From assembly GCF_001194135.2 (NCBI RefSeq), contig NC_068982.1:56493511-56557510 (forward strand): a stretch of DNA of 64,000 nt, written 5' to 3'. Origin of the DNA: Octopus bimaculoides. Its lineage: Eukaryota. This document shows, in pieces, positions 12,169 to 24,723 of this stretch (position 1 is the first letter of the stretch; each line of letters starts with the position of its first letter). The notes beneath the pieces were generated by a model. The model saw only the letters and a program-made list of their open reading frames with translations, was not told the DNA's origin and did not search any database. Position numbers and translations under genes: made by a program.

Positions 12169-13548
12169 CTCTAGGTCATTCCTGATCGATCACCAACCGT
12201 CTTGTCTTTTTCTAAAACGGTGTCATGCCATTTGTGGGATATTTAGTTGTTATTCCTGTTACTATTTCTAGCATATCGAGTGACCAGCTAAAAGCTTCCT
12301 CGTTGGCTCGTATATACTATACACCTGTAGATTCTGGTGGTGGTCAAAACGGATGCAGACAATCAGTATTTGAACACCTCAGTAAATGTGCTTTCAAGTA
12401 GATACAGTAAATCGCCTTTCTTCCTCCTCATTGCCACCATTGTGTGTGTGTGAAAGAGAGAGAGAGAAAGAGAGGGGAAAGGGAGAACCGAAAAGAGAGA
12501 GAGAGGAGCATGAAAGAAATGAAGAAGGAATACATGTATATATGCGAGTATGTGTGTTTTGTGTGAGTTTGGGAGTGAATGAAAACTACTAGTTGAATGA
12601 ATGCGTGCGCGAGAACGTGTGAGCTACTGTTCATATGTGTTTGTATAAGTTATCGCCGTGTGTGTGTGTGAGTGAGTATTTATGGGGAATGCTGTAGTGT
12701 GTTAAAAGACGTACTTGGGAGCTATAATTGGGATTTGGTTGATACCATTGACAGGTTTATGAATGAACTGACCTCATTAGGCTAGGATCTCCACAGTAAC
12801 GTATATTGACCACATCGGCTTTTGTTGACCAAAGCTGTTTAAGTCGATCGCCCGGTCAAATCCCTCACTGACCAGCTAAGCATGCTTGCTACTTAAGTTA
12901 AGCTAGTCAGTATAGTTCAGCTGAAGGGTCAGTGAAGATGACAACTGGATGGTGTTCTGAGGAGAACTCGATTTGACAGGCTTTCAACAAAACCGTTTTC
13001 TGCAAGATAATTTGTGTAGAAGGAGAATTGCAACAATGTCACAAAATCTCATTTCCCACTTGATTCAATATAATGAATCAATTACTTTTGACAGACAACC
13101 AACCGTTGGTATTGCGATTAAAAAGTCTCCATTGATCTCAACTGCATTTTTGGTCGTGTGTTCGAATTCTTTGGCAAACGTGACAAACCGTTTATTTGTC
13201 ACCAGTCATATCAACAATAAATTTATGTAATTGACGTATGTGAACACATTGTAGGTGAAGCTGTGTGGTGAGAATCTTGCTTCCGAACCACATGGTTTCA
13301 GGTTCAGACCCACTGTGTGTGCTTTAAGCAAGCATCTTCTACTGTAGCTGCGAAGGATTTTAATCGAATAAATCGACCACAGGATTTTTTAAAGCTTGGC
13401 ACTTATTCTATCAATTTCTTTTACCGAACCGCTAAGTTATGGGACGTAAATACACCAACACCTGGTGTCAAGTGTTGGTGGAGGACACTCACACACACAC
13501 ACGCATATATATATATATATATATATATAAAGAAATGAAACAGGAAAA

Positions 13549-13628
<80 letters not shown>

Positions 13629-14166
13629 GGATGACACAGGAAAAACAATGGTTATGTTGTGGACGTCATTAGTTTACAGCTATTTCTGCTATATGTTGCA
13701 GTGGACTCGTAGCTGAGTGCCTGAATAACATCCTACAGTTTCCTCGGAGCTGTTCTGGAACATATGTATATTGAGTTCTACACTAGATTATTAGTCTCGC
13801 AATGCTTAAGCGATATATACAAGCTTCTTTCAGTTTCCGTCTACCAAATCCAGTCATAAGGCTTTGGTCGCCTGAGGCTATAGTGGAAAACATTTGCCTA
13901 CGGGTCATGTGGTTGGGAAGCAAGCTTCTTAACACATAGCGACGCCTATTTAAAAATTTTTAATGACGAAACGCTTGTGGCCCTGAGATACCTACTGAAG
14001 ATACGGAAGGGTTTCCAATATTTGCGACTTTAGATCACCATCAGAAGAGCTTGTAATATCTTTAAGCAGCTTCTACAGTTTCTGCGTGAAGCAAAGTATA
14101 TCTGATATATATTTCACCTGTGTATATATATAAACACTTTGTTTCTAAATACACTAGCTTCGTGGA

Positions 14167-14201
<35 letters not shown>

Positions 14202-14423
14202 NNNNNNNNNNNNNNNNNNNNNNNNNNNNNNNNNNNNNNNNNNNNNNNNNNNNNNNNNNNNNNNNNNNNNNNNNNNNNNNNNNNNNNNNNNNNNNNNNNN
14301 NNNNNNNNNNNNNNNNNNNNNAAAAAAAAAAAAAAAAAAAAAAAAAAAGACAGCCAGAATTTTATGTTTATTACTCAATTATGATACCAAAACGATTAGA
14401 TTTATAAATCTTATGTCAAAACT

Positions 14424-14580
14424 TTATTGAAGATTTTCAACATGTGCTCCGTCTATATCTCTGCAAATTTCAAATCTATTCTTAGCGTTGCGAACACATT
14501 TTGAAGCATTTCATGAGTTATTTCCTGCAATACTAACTGAAAGCGTTCTTTAAGTTCAGCTAAACTATTGCTCACTCTTC
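14424..14580 (-). mobile_element. Tc1/mariner-type transposase C-terminal relic
   Basis: Minus strand translates ...NSLAELKERFQLVLQEITHEMLQNVFATL, then after a frameshift KNRFEICRDIDGAHVENLQ*. This matches the typical 'L.ELK..I......I...ML......RL..C....G.H.E' terminus. Confidence 0.6.
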
Positions 14581-14911
14581 GGGATGAAAGTAGAGAAAAT
14601 GATTGCAGCCAGACTGAATAAAAGCTGCCGTGGACAAATAAGGGGGATCCAACAGGAATGAAAATAAAATTGTCAAAAATTGTATAAAAATAAAATTAGA
14701 AACAAAATTAAAAATGTATACACTTAACACTTACTAAACATGATATAAGCGAGTCTTTTTTTTTTTTAATTGTCCGATTTCACTGCAATAAATAGTTAAC
14801 TCTGGGACACCCAGTACATACATTCACCATTACTAAGGACTGAGTAAATCGGATATACCAATTTGCATACATAATGCATTTCTGACAGTTTGATGATTAT
14901 TAAATAAAGGT

Positions 14912-15680
14912 GTGTCGCAGTGTTTTGCGTCAGTTCTGTTCTCAAGCTATAAGTTATATGCATCTGCTAGTCTGTCGGGAGTGGGCGGTAGAATAGCTAT
15001 GATGTTTCGGAAAAGTGCTGGATTTTGGGATACAGATCACATCTTGGACCCGGAGAGTAAGTCAGTGGGACTGGATGTGACCAGCAGCGTAGGCCAAATT
15101 TTCAGATAGATAGTCGTGGAACGACCAGATTTCTTCAGTGTCTGGAGGCCTTTCCTTTTTGTGCTTGTGAGTGATTGGAGTGGCATCTTGGATTGTGTGG
15201 AGCTAGTCGACAGAAGAGGCGATACAAAAGACGCGCAAACCTGCTCAAATGTTTCCAGCTGTCTTGATTTCCCAGATGCACCACAGTGCAACTAGAAGAG
15301 GCACTTAGCAAAGGCATCGCAACTGATGTGCTTGCAACGAAACTGAACCTTGCACAGTTCTCCAACGCGAATCATGAAGGCTGCGTTAGAGCAGAAGTGC
15401 ATATATTCTAAGACAGGAAGGAATGAAAGCCGTTTAATGACGTGGGATCCGAATGCAAATGTACAATGAAATTGCAAAAATACAACTGGATCTTTGGCGG
15501 TCTACGACGAACGCGTGGTACTTATTTCCAAAGGGATGCGTGCAGCTTTCAAGCGGCACTTTACTCGACTGTTCGTGAGTGGTGGGGCTATATCGCAGGG
15601 GAGGCTTCAGTGCCTGTCTTGACTTTCAGTATTAGTGTCGGGGTGTTGCGAAAAGCTAACAGCAACCACTGAAATAAGGG
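14912..15680 (+). mobile_element. Degenerate L1/Tx1-like LINE, apurinic endonuclease region
   Basis: Translates GVGGRIAMMFRKS...ILDPESKSVGLDVTSSVGQIFR*IVVERPDFF...FVLVSDWSGILD (a GDWN/GDFN-like endonuclease motif), with stops and frameshifts. Confidence 0.7.
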
Positions 15681-18600
15681 AAACCTTGTCTGGCCGCACA
15701 AAGGGCAAATCACCTGGTTTAGATGCTCTTCCCTACTAACTTTACACTAACATGTTGGATCTACAACCTGGGAGAATTGAGTGCTGTACAAGCACTTGGT
15801 TGGAGCTTATTTTCAGCTGAGTAGACTGAAACGAAGTGCTCTGATCAAGGACACAATGCACTGCCTGGTTCAGAAATCAACCCCATGATCTTTTATGAGT
15901 CTGAGTTCAATAACCAAACCACTAGACCAAGAAATTACCAAATACTGGCTCAATATAATCTTCAGGCCCTTCTCCCTTACTTCCTGGTTTTGAGAAATCG
16001 ATATTACATTAGGATGGGCGTAGGATCTAATCGATTGTTCCTCTTCTATGAATTTATGAGAAATCAATATCCTGTATATTTTATGATTCACAGTCTGACG
16101 TGGCTGATGTTGGAATCACAACCGCAACAGAATAACATACCTCTCGAAATTTAGTTATATCCCGAGTACGAATATAACTTCAAGGGGTCGACTTGCTCTT
16201 TAATTTTATTATTTTTGGTTTAGATACAACACGAGCCAATGAAATATAATACTACAGGCGTTAGGGCGGGATTTGAGCGAGAATAAATATAGTGTGATGT
16301 TCATGCTTTTCCATAAGGAAATTAACAATAAAAATGAAGTGAAAAGATACGGCTCCCTTCGAGAATCAAAAAGATTTCATACACGAAGTCTTGCTTTACT
16401 TGGAATTTATCGTTCTCTTGTATTTTCGTTATTGGCTTCCATATAATTTCAATACCGGATACAAATGTCAGCCATGCGTTTTTCTGTTTTTTTTTGTTTT
16501 TTTTCCCTTCTAGCAGTCACACTCACGCGCTATTTTTTCTTCTCCAACGGCTTGACTCAAACTCAGTCACTCCCTCATTTTGCCATCCGATCTTGTCCAA
16601 ATCTTAATTACTTTTCCAGTGTTTTAAAATATATCGTTCACTCCTCTTACTAAAAAGTAAATTTATGAATTACTATGTTTGAACATATGTATAATATATA
16701 TATAATACACAGGCGTGGCCGTGTGGTTAAGAAGCTTGCTTTTCAACCGCATGGTTCCGGGTTCAGTCCTACTGCTTGGCACTTTGGGGTAGTGTCTGCT
16801 ACTATAACCACGGGCTAACTAAGGCCTTGTGAGTGGATTTGACAATCAGTGCTAGTGTGCTTACGTCATCGTAATTTAGCGGTTCGACAAGAGACCGATG
16901 GAATAAGCATCAGGTAAAAAAAAAAGTACTGGGGTCGATCAAGGCGGTGCCCCAGTATGGCCAAAAAAAAATCATACGCGTACAAGGTTGTATATTCCTA
17001 CATCATACATACGTACGGATATACGCATTGCACACACACACACATATATATATATATAGCAATTAATCCAACAACCCAGACATTTTGATGCTAATGTTAA
17101 AGCAAGCGAGCAATCCCTAAAACTTTTGCCCCTCAACACCACCATTACCAGTCTCGTTTATCTTTAGGAGCTTTCTGTTCGTCAGTTTTGATGGCGCCCT
17201 CTTGTGACGACCCCATGACCGGATGGAGCCGAGAGTGATCAGAAACAAAATATTTATCCCAGTAGGTGAACCTGACAGTCGAATAAGCATAAAGAAAACA
17301 AAGGGGAATTATCAACTACTAATTATGAACGTGGATGGTGTTTACAGCACTGTTTATCCAGTTGGTTTAATAAATTTCTTTCAAATGGCTTTGTTTACAT
17401 TTAACCTTGTTCTTTCCTTCCTTTCGAAATTGTTCTTTCATTCACACATATACAGACATGGAGTAGTTCTTTATTACTACAGCTTATCAAGCAGGATGTG
17501 TTTGTTAAATTTTAATACAAAGGGTCTTGTTAAATTTCTTCCGACCGCATCAAGTATTTTAAATTTTCACCAGACTTTTTTTTCAAAAATGACACTCTGA
17601 CGTAACTTTTTTTGTATTAATTTCTGGGAAAATGAATGCAATTTTCTTCCTATGCATGCGAAACTAAATTGTTTTTGAAAATAATCAAGTGAAAAATTGA
17701 AGTACTTCAAGTGGTTGGAAGAAATTTAACAAGACACCCAAGACAAATATTACTGTTGCTTAGTTTCAGGTCTCCTCGGACAGAGTTGACCTCTGATCCA
17801 ATACGGATGACCCAATTGTTCTTCCAGGTACAGTGCACATAATGCATTATCTAATATACTCACTTTTAGCTAAGATGGTAAGGTTTGATTTAAGGATTTG
17901 CCTGTTATTTCTAGCAGGAATGGAAAACGACTGCGCAGAGGCTTTCTCATCGGTTCATGTAAACACCTAATTACTATTTGCTTGTCCTAATTTTTCAACG
18001 AATGTTGATTTTAATAATTGCGCTTTCAACTCGGCACCCTGTTGTGCCTGCCATTCCATGGACCTCAATCACGGCAATAATAAATCGCTTTTCTTTAGAA
18101 CTGATATTTTCCTTGCTGTCCACCCTCTTCACCATCATGACCTTGACCTGCCATGACAGAGGAGCAGTAATTTCATATTCAATACTACAGATGCTGGCAC
18201 ATATGTTGGACAGACAGAAAACGCGATAAAATTATCCAGTGAGGATTACAGAAGTGCTTAAGCAATTATATATACTACGGAAGGTAGGTGTGTGTATGTA
18301 GGAAGCTGTGATAGTGGCGCAGAAGTAAATTTATTACTTCGTATGTTCAAGGAGTTAAGATGACGGCAGAGCGTATCATTCGGTTTATATGAGAGAGAAA
18401 GAGACGCAAAATAAATTTATCATAGTGAGTGTGTATGGATTTATTGGACTCTGACCAGGCCTGATTAAGCAGACTTAATGATCAACGGCACTCTAATCGG
18501 GATCATTCCGTTTTATTATGTGTAGAGAGAGCTCAGGCCTGCCATTATCCATCTGATCTGTCCTTTTACTAAAACTATAGTGGGAACAATTTGAGGAAGA

Positions 18601-18685
18601 TTTGGTTGTTGTTTCTACCAGGTCGAAATACATCGTAGATATTCTCTTGTTGACTCGTGTACAAGAGATCAAATGGTTGTTAAAG

Positions 18686-18869
18686 CAGTGCTCCGCAACC
18701 TTTTTTCAGTTGCGTTACATTTATATTCTTTTCCAAATTCGGCGGCACACCTGAACTAAAAATATAACAAAGCATAGGGGAAAAAATTATATTCAGGTTA
18801 CACTGCGGCACACCTAGCATCGTCTTGTGGCACACCAGTGTGCCGCGGCATACCGATTGCGGAGCACCG
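18686..18869. mobile_element. hAT MITE
   Basis: TIRs CAGTGCTCCGCAACC / GATTGCGGAGCACCG. TSD TGTTAAAG / TGTTCAAG (7/8). Confidence 0.85.
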
Positions 18870-18946
18870 TGTTCAAGAACTGCTTTCTTTTATTTAAGCA
18901 GTGTGTGTGTGGTTGCGGCATATTTGTGACCTACATATATTATGAG

Positions 18947-19334
18947 GTGGAGGCGCAATGGCCCAGTGGTTAGGGCAGCGGACTCACGGTCATTGGATCG
19001 CGGTTTCAATTCCCAGACCGGGTGTTGTGAGTGTTTTTTGAGTGAAAACACCTAAAGCTCCACGATGCTCAGGCAGGGGATGGTGGCGAACCCTGCTGTA
19101 CTCTTTCACCACAACTTTCTCTCACTCTTACTTCCTGTTTCTGTTGTACATGTAATTCAAATGGTCAGCCTTGTAACACTGTGTCACATTGAATATCCCC
19201 GAGAACTACGTTAAGGGTACACGTGTCTGTGGAATGCTCAGCCACTTGCACGTTAATTTCACGAGCAGGCTCTTCCGTTGATCGGATCAACTGGAGCCCT
19301 CGACGTCGTAAGCGACGGAGTGCCAACAACATAT
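18947..19334 (+). mobile_element. tRNA-headed SINE, family C, full length
   Basis: A-box TGGCCCAGTGG and B-box-like GGTTTCAATTCCC. Ends in (CAA)n. Flanked by a direct repeat TATTATGAG (18938-18946, 19335-19343). Second copy at 36401-36777 (-). Confidence 0.85.
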
Positions 19335-19914
19335 TATTATGAGCTTGAAAGAAAACAGTATTGCATTTGTGCAAAATCATAATTACAGCACGGTAGCTAT
19401 AATAATCTGCTTGTCATAATAGGTGTTAGAGTGTTGCGCATTACGTAACACTAAAGAAAGAAATCGAAGACATATTGATAGTCTTAACATAAATGAAAGA
19501 ATTTCAAGTGTTTGACCAATTAATAAATGAAAGAAAGACAAAAACTCTTTCAAGAAAAATAAACCAAACAAGTCAATATATATAATTACTTTGTTTTTAT
19601 CATCATTAATTATTATTATTATAATTATTATTATTTACTTACAGAGTTCTAGTTGAAGTGATTTTATACAGAAATTTACAGTTAATGACACAAGATATCT
19701 CACAGAAACAAATATATACAAAAAAAGAACAAAACAAAACAAAACATAAAAGACTGCAGTAAAATATGTTGTGTCATGCAAATTTATATAATTTTGTGTT
19801 GATTTTTGATTCATTTACAAAGTTCTTTTATCTAACGTGAAAACGTTGAATAAATGTTTCTTTTCATCTGCTCCTCGTTAAAATCCATATGTCTTTCTGT
19901 TTTCTTTTTTTCTT

Positions 19915-20604
19915 TTACAAACAATGCAACCAAATAGTTAACAATGTACAGGAAAGAACCAGTAGATTCGTAAATGTTGTAGCACCCAATGGCGATATTC
20001 CTGAATATCTATCGTCGTATATTGTAAGATCTGTCCGGTTGCGACCATTTTTGGCAATTTCTGGATTTAACTTAAGAAGGTCCTGCCAAGCGTTGTATGC
20101 AGCCGCCGTGAAATTATTATCGCCAGTTGTCATTAAATCAAAAACACATGAATCGAAGTAAAAACCAGCAACATTAGCGTTACGACATGCCGCTTCAGCT
20201 TCGACTCTTGACATGTCTACTTTGTTATCTCTTTCGTATTCCCTAAGTTTCTCTTGTCGTCGAGCTAGGAATTTTTTGTAGTCAATTTGCTGGAGTTTTG
20301 GACAGCCATCAACACACAACTCTGGTTGTTCGTCAGCAGTCGATGAGTTTACAATTTCTTCCGGCATGCGAATCGAAAACGTGAAGTAGCGACCAATGTG
20401 ACGAACTAAAATTGTAGTATCAATGTATTTTATGTGAATTTTGACGTATTTCGACGGTTCTAGCACCTTTAGTTCAATCTCTTTGCCGGGCCCGTAATGC
20501 GTAGCGCCACCGTCGAAGGCATTTGGCAAACTTCGTTCGTGAGTGCCGTATGTTAAAACATTGGTTGATCCACATTTGTCATTTCTTTTGATCATCACGG
20601 TTAA
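19915..20604 (-). CDS. RGM: Repulsive guidance molecule (RGM/hemojuvelin family), last coding exon: C-terminal domain plus GPI-type hydrophobic tail
   Basis: Open 229-codon frame. Contains TTILVRHIGRYFTFSIRMPEE, LCVDGCP and FYFDSCVFDLMTTGDNNFTAAA (cf. RGM CVFDLLTTGDxNFTxAA). A pyrimidine-rich acceptor TTCTCTCTCATTTCAG ends at 20605. The exon begins LTVMIK at phase 0, where vertebrate RGM last exons begin LTIIFK. The ORF-track start at 20598 is an internal GTG. Confidence 0.95.
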   Translation of the reverse strand, partial: LTVMIKRNDKCGSTNVLTYGTHERSLPNAFDGGATHYGPGKEIELKVLEPSKYVKIHIKYIDTTILVRHIGRYFTFSIRMPEEIVNSSTADEQPELCVDGCPKLQQIDYKKFLARRQEKLREYERDNKVDMSRVEAEAACRNANVAGFYFDSCVFDLMTTGDNNFTAAAYNAWQDLLKLNPEIAKNGRNRTDLTIYDDRYSGISPLGATTFTNLLVLSCTLLTIWLHCL

Positions 20605-20645
20605 CTGAAATGAGAGAGAAAGTTAACATTGTAGTATGATGATGA

Positions 20646-20705
<60 letters not shown>

Positions 20706-20727
20706 CAACAACAACAACAAATAAATA

Positions 20728-20946
20728 ATAATCCTTTCTACTATAGGCACAAAATCTGAAAATTTGTGAGAAGAGGCAAGTCGATTAGATTGACCCCTGT
20801 ACTCAACTAGTACTTAATTTATCGACCCCCGAAAGGATGCAAGGCAAAGTCGACCTCGACGGAATTTGAACTCAGGACGTAGTGCCAGACGAAATACCAC
20901 TAAGCATTTCGCCCGCGGTGCTAACGATTCTGCCAGCTCGCCGCCT
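20728..20946 (-). mobile_element. tRNA-headed SINE, family B (GGCGGCGAGCTGGCAGAATCGTTAGCAC...)
   Basis: Many copies: 27090-27270 (-), 31412-31642 (+), 32060-32270, 32287-32470, 32500-32720, 44215-44420 (-), 56150-56285 (-), 61570-61790, 62580-62745, 62780-62980 (-). B-box GAGTTCAAATTCC. Confidence 0.9.
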
Positions 20947-21049
20947 TTCTGCTAGCTCAATAATATAATAATTCTTTCTACTAAATGTACAAGGCCTGAA
21001 ATTTTGGAGGAGGGGACTACGATACCAGTGTTTCACTTGTACTTGATTT

Positions 21050-22309
21050 GGATCTTATCGGTTTGGCTGCCAGCATCAATTCTGTTCGAATTGATTTCAT
21101 ATTCAGTGTAACGGTTCACTTTCATAGGCTAATTAATGACGTGAAAGTAATTTTCGGTATAGCAGCTAAAGTTTGAAAATTTTGGTAGTTATAGCCAATC
21201 GTAAGCCACAGACACATTTATGCCCGTTTCGATCGTAAGAAGCGGATCTTGAGAACACTTTTGTCGCTCAATGTGCTTGTTGCCATAGTAACAAACGAAT
21301 CCGAGAAGTCTTTGATAAGTCTTATCTGCGAGGAAACACGTGTTGACAACTTTGACGCTGTGATCTGTGTGATTATGGCAGCAAGCTCCAATAACTTCGC
21401 TTCTATCATGGAAACATTGAAAACAGAGGAAGATATATTTTAAATTAAAACCGACAAATCTTTCTGTTAAAAATTGTAATCTGTTTATCGCATGTAACGT
21501 GTTGTTTATCGCATTTGCATTAAATGCATATTAAATGCTTAAATGTTTGTTTACTCGTTGCTTTTTTGTCCTTGAGCACTGAGGTGGTTGTGTTGTGTGC
21601 TAAAAATAACAACTAAACAAGATTTTTTGGATAAATCTTTTAAATTAACAGAAACATTTATTTACATGAAAGAAAATTACCGGAGACATAACACGTGTTA
21701 CTCTTTTAGTCTTTTACTTGTTTCAGTCTTTTGACTGTGGCCATGCTGGAGCACCACTTTTAGTCGAGCAAATCGACCCCAGGACTTATTCTTTAGAAGC
21801 CTAGTACTTATTCTATCGGTCTCTATTGCCGAACCGCTAAGTTACGGGGACATAAACACACTAGCATCGGTTGTCAAGCGATGTTGGGGGGACAAACACA
21901 TACACACATACACCAAATCCACTCACAAGGCTTTGGTCGGCCCGAGGCTATAGTAGAAGACACTTGCCCAAGATGCCACGTAGTGGGACTGAACCCGGGA
22001 CCATGTGGTTGGTAAGCAAGCTACTTACCACACAGCCATACAATTATTGATAACGGGTGCTATTTTCAGAATTTTGACGACAAAATGTGCAGTCACGCAC
22101 AAAATGACAGCTTTCCAATCCTGTTTCCTGACTAGGTGAAAAACCACCAAACTTTAAAGCTCTGTAACTTTTTAAAAACATATTTCTGGAAAAAACTGAA
22201 ATAACTACAGCAATTCAGTTTGGGCAAAAGTGTATTATTGTGCAAAATTTTAAAATTTTCGGTAAACCTTGATTTTTGAAATGCTGGCAGCCAAACCGTT
22301 ATAAGACCC
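21050..22309. mobile_element. Non-autonomous DNA transposon with ~27-29 bp TIRs, superfamily unassigned
   Basis: Left GGATCTTATCGGTTTGGCTGCCAGCAT versus right ATGCTGGCAGCCAAACCGTTATAAGACCC. It splits a family-B SINE remnant and contains a family-A SINE. A related TIR-core pair lies near 63103 and 63593. Confidence 0.7.
21700..22038 (-). mobile_element. tRNA-headed SINE, family A
   Basis: Reverse-complement homologue of 46660-47190. Confidence 0.9.
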
Positions 22310-22382
22310 GACCCCTTAATTTATCGACTCCAAAGGGATGAAAGCAAAGTCGACTGCGGTAGAATTTGAACGTAGAACTTAG

Positions 22383-22421
<39 letters not shown>

Positions 22422-24691
22422 GTTTCAGATTTTTGACAAAAGGCCAGTAATTTTTTGGTGGGGGAGCAAGCTGATTAAATAGACCGAAGTGCTTAAACCA
22501 GTCAGTGGGATTGAACTCGGAGCCGTGAAGTTGGGAAGCAAACTTCTTACCATGCAGCCACTACTACTACTAGTACTACTACATACACACACACTAACGC
22601 AATATACACTTATGCTTTAGAAGCGCACCAGCGCGCGTGTGTAATATACAAGCTTATAATATGTACGTTGGGAGCAACAGCTGTTGTTTTATAAAAGGAA
22701 ACGACAGTGGTTTTCGAGTTCAGTTGTACTGATTACAACACCCCTACATCTTCATACACACAGAGAAGAGAGTGAGACAGAGAGAGACAGAGAGAATTGG
22801 GGGGCACAAAGGGTGGCGCTAGGTGGACAGGGGAAGTCGCTTGAAACACGGTCTATATTTCATGTGCCTCCCACTAAACTTGTCTAAGATATGATGATGA
22901 TGATGATGATGACGTTTGCAAGGATTGATGGAGATAATATATATGAGAGAGAGAGAGAGAGAGAGAAATGAAAGAGAATAAAACATCACTACACCTCTAT
23001 ACTTCCTTATAAAGCTGCTTTAAAGCGATAATAGTAAAAGTACTAGAATAAAAGACAAAAAGGGGGGGGGGGGTAATCAAAGTCGGGAGCGAGTGTGAGT
23101 GAGTTACTCTCTTAATATGCTTGGTTAACGAGAGAGAATGCTTTAAACCCAGAGGCCGTTTTAACGATCAGAAGACGAGCGAAGAAAACTTCATTCTGTT
23201 AGAAATAACAGCTAAATATCTTATATACCATAATCTCTGGAAGGCAAGAAAAAAAAAAGGCACAGAAATGGCTTTGTGGTAAGAAGCTTGGTTACCAACC
23301 ACATGGTTCCGGGTTCAGTCCCACTGCGTGGAACCTTGGGCAAGTGNNNNNNNNNNNNNNNNNNNNNNNNNNNNNNNNNNNNNNNNNNNNNNNNNNNNNN
23401 NNNNNNNNNNNNNNNNNNNNNNNNNNNNNNNNNNNNNNNNNNNNNNNNNNNNNNNNNNNNNNNNNNNNNNNNNNNNNNNNNNNNNNNNNNNNNNNNNNNN
23501 NNNNNNNNNNNNNNNNNNNNNNNNNNNNNNNNNNNNNNNNNNNNNNNNNNNNNNNNNNNNNNNNNNNNNNNNNNNNNNNNNNNNNNNNNNNNNNNNNNNN
23601 NNNNNNNNNNNNNNNNNNNNNNNNNNNNNNNNNNNNNNNNNNNNNNNNNNNNNNNNNNNNNNNNNNNNNNNNNNNNNNNNNNNNNNNNNNNNNNNNNNNN
23701 NNNNNNNNNNNNNNNNNNNNNNNNNNNNNNNNNNNNNNNNNNNNNNNNNNNNNNNNNNNNNNNNNNNNNNNNNNNNNNNNNNNACATCAACACCAACCCA
23801 AATGAGCCAGACAGAGCCTCTCCGTGGTTACTCGGCCTACTTAACCCATTACCTCCCATAATTCTATTAACTGGATTTTTTTTTTTTTTTATGAAACTAT
23901 GATTTCTAGCATAAAACAACCTTAGAAACACACTGGAATGATCAAAATAACATTTTAAATGGAAATAAGCGAGATATTGGGTAAAAAATGAGCAAACCTC
24001 ATTTGAATATCAGAAATATACCGAGTAGATATAGCAAAAAGGTTAGATATGTGTAAATATTGACAGATAATTACGAAATTTGTAATTTTTAAGTGATCTA
24101 ATATGAGATCACTGGTAGGTAATGGGTTAAAATCATTACGGCCCGCACTATTAAATGAGTTTGCTTGTGTCTCGTGAATCTCGCTTCTTGAGTAAAAAGA
24201 GGTTGCCCATATCAGATGCAAAGACAGCTTTTTTTAGCGACTTCAGTGAAGAAAAGACGCGTAGAAAGACGAGATGATCATACTCGGACTTCCTTCTGAT
24301 CATAGGTATGCTCAATGAGGTCAACCCGATGCTTGAAACCTGGTGCTCCTCTTCTCCCTCCTCCTCCACCACCGCCGCCGCCACCGACCCTGACCCTATT
24401 TATTTCTATCAGAAGCAGACGATGTAGCCTGATAAAACAAAAGAGACTTCTTAATAACCGCCATCTTTTCTAACCTTCATCCTTCACTTAGTTCGAGTGA
24501 GAGACACACTTGTGGAACTCTCTCTCTCTCTTTTTTTCTCCCTTCCTACTTTCCCCTTCTTTCTTTCAAACTGCACTGTAACACAAAACGTATGTTAGTG
24601 GGTAAAACGATCTTTAAGCAAGCCCTGTAACCAATAGCCACCCCCAGCACCTCCACCATACACGCAACCTTAAAGTAAAACATACACATAC

Positions 24692-24723
<32 letters not shown>

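Noticed and set aside
12660-13240. Balanced-composition, coding-like sequence
   Set aside because: The frames I translated carry many stops and no recognisable motif. Probably a decayed TE, but unassignable.
15292-15477. Minus-strand 'HCTFAFGSH' resembling the RGM 'HCGLFGDPH' motif
   Set aside because: It lies downstream of the RGM stop codon, lacks DP, and is the antisense of the LINE relic.
16234-16271. CCAAT box plus GGGCGGGA motif
   Set aside because: Short motifs with no associated transcript evidence, possibly within a decayed repeat.
18947-19020. tRNA-like cloverleaf heads (also 27547, 45919, 46660)
   Set aside because: They continue into SINE bodies and lack complete acceptor stems, so they are not tRNA genes.
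20020-20055. KNGRNRT near the RGM C-terminus as a furin shedding site
   Set aside because: It does not satisfy R-x-x-R.
24151-24384. 77-aa minus-strand ORF as a possible RGM exon
   Set aside because: No RGM similarity. It overlaps the old interspersed repeat and a simple repeat.
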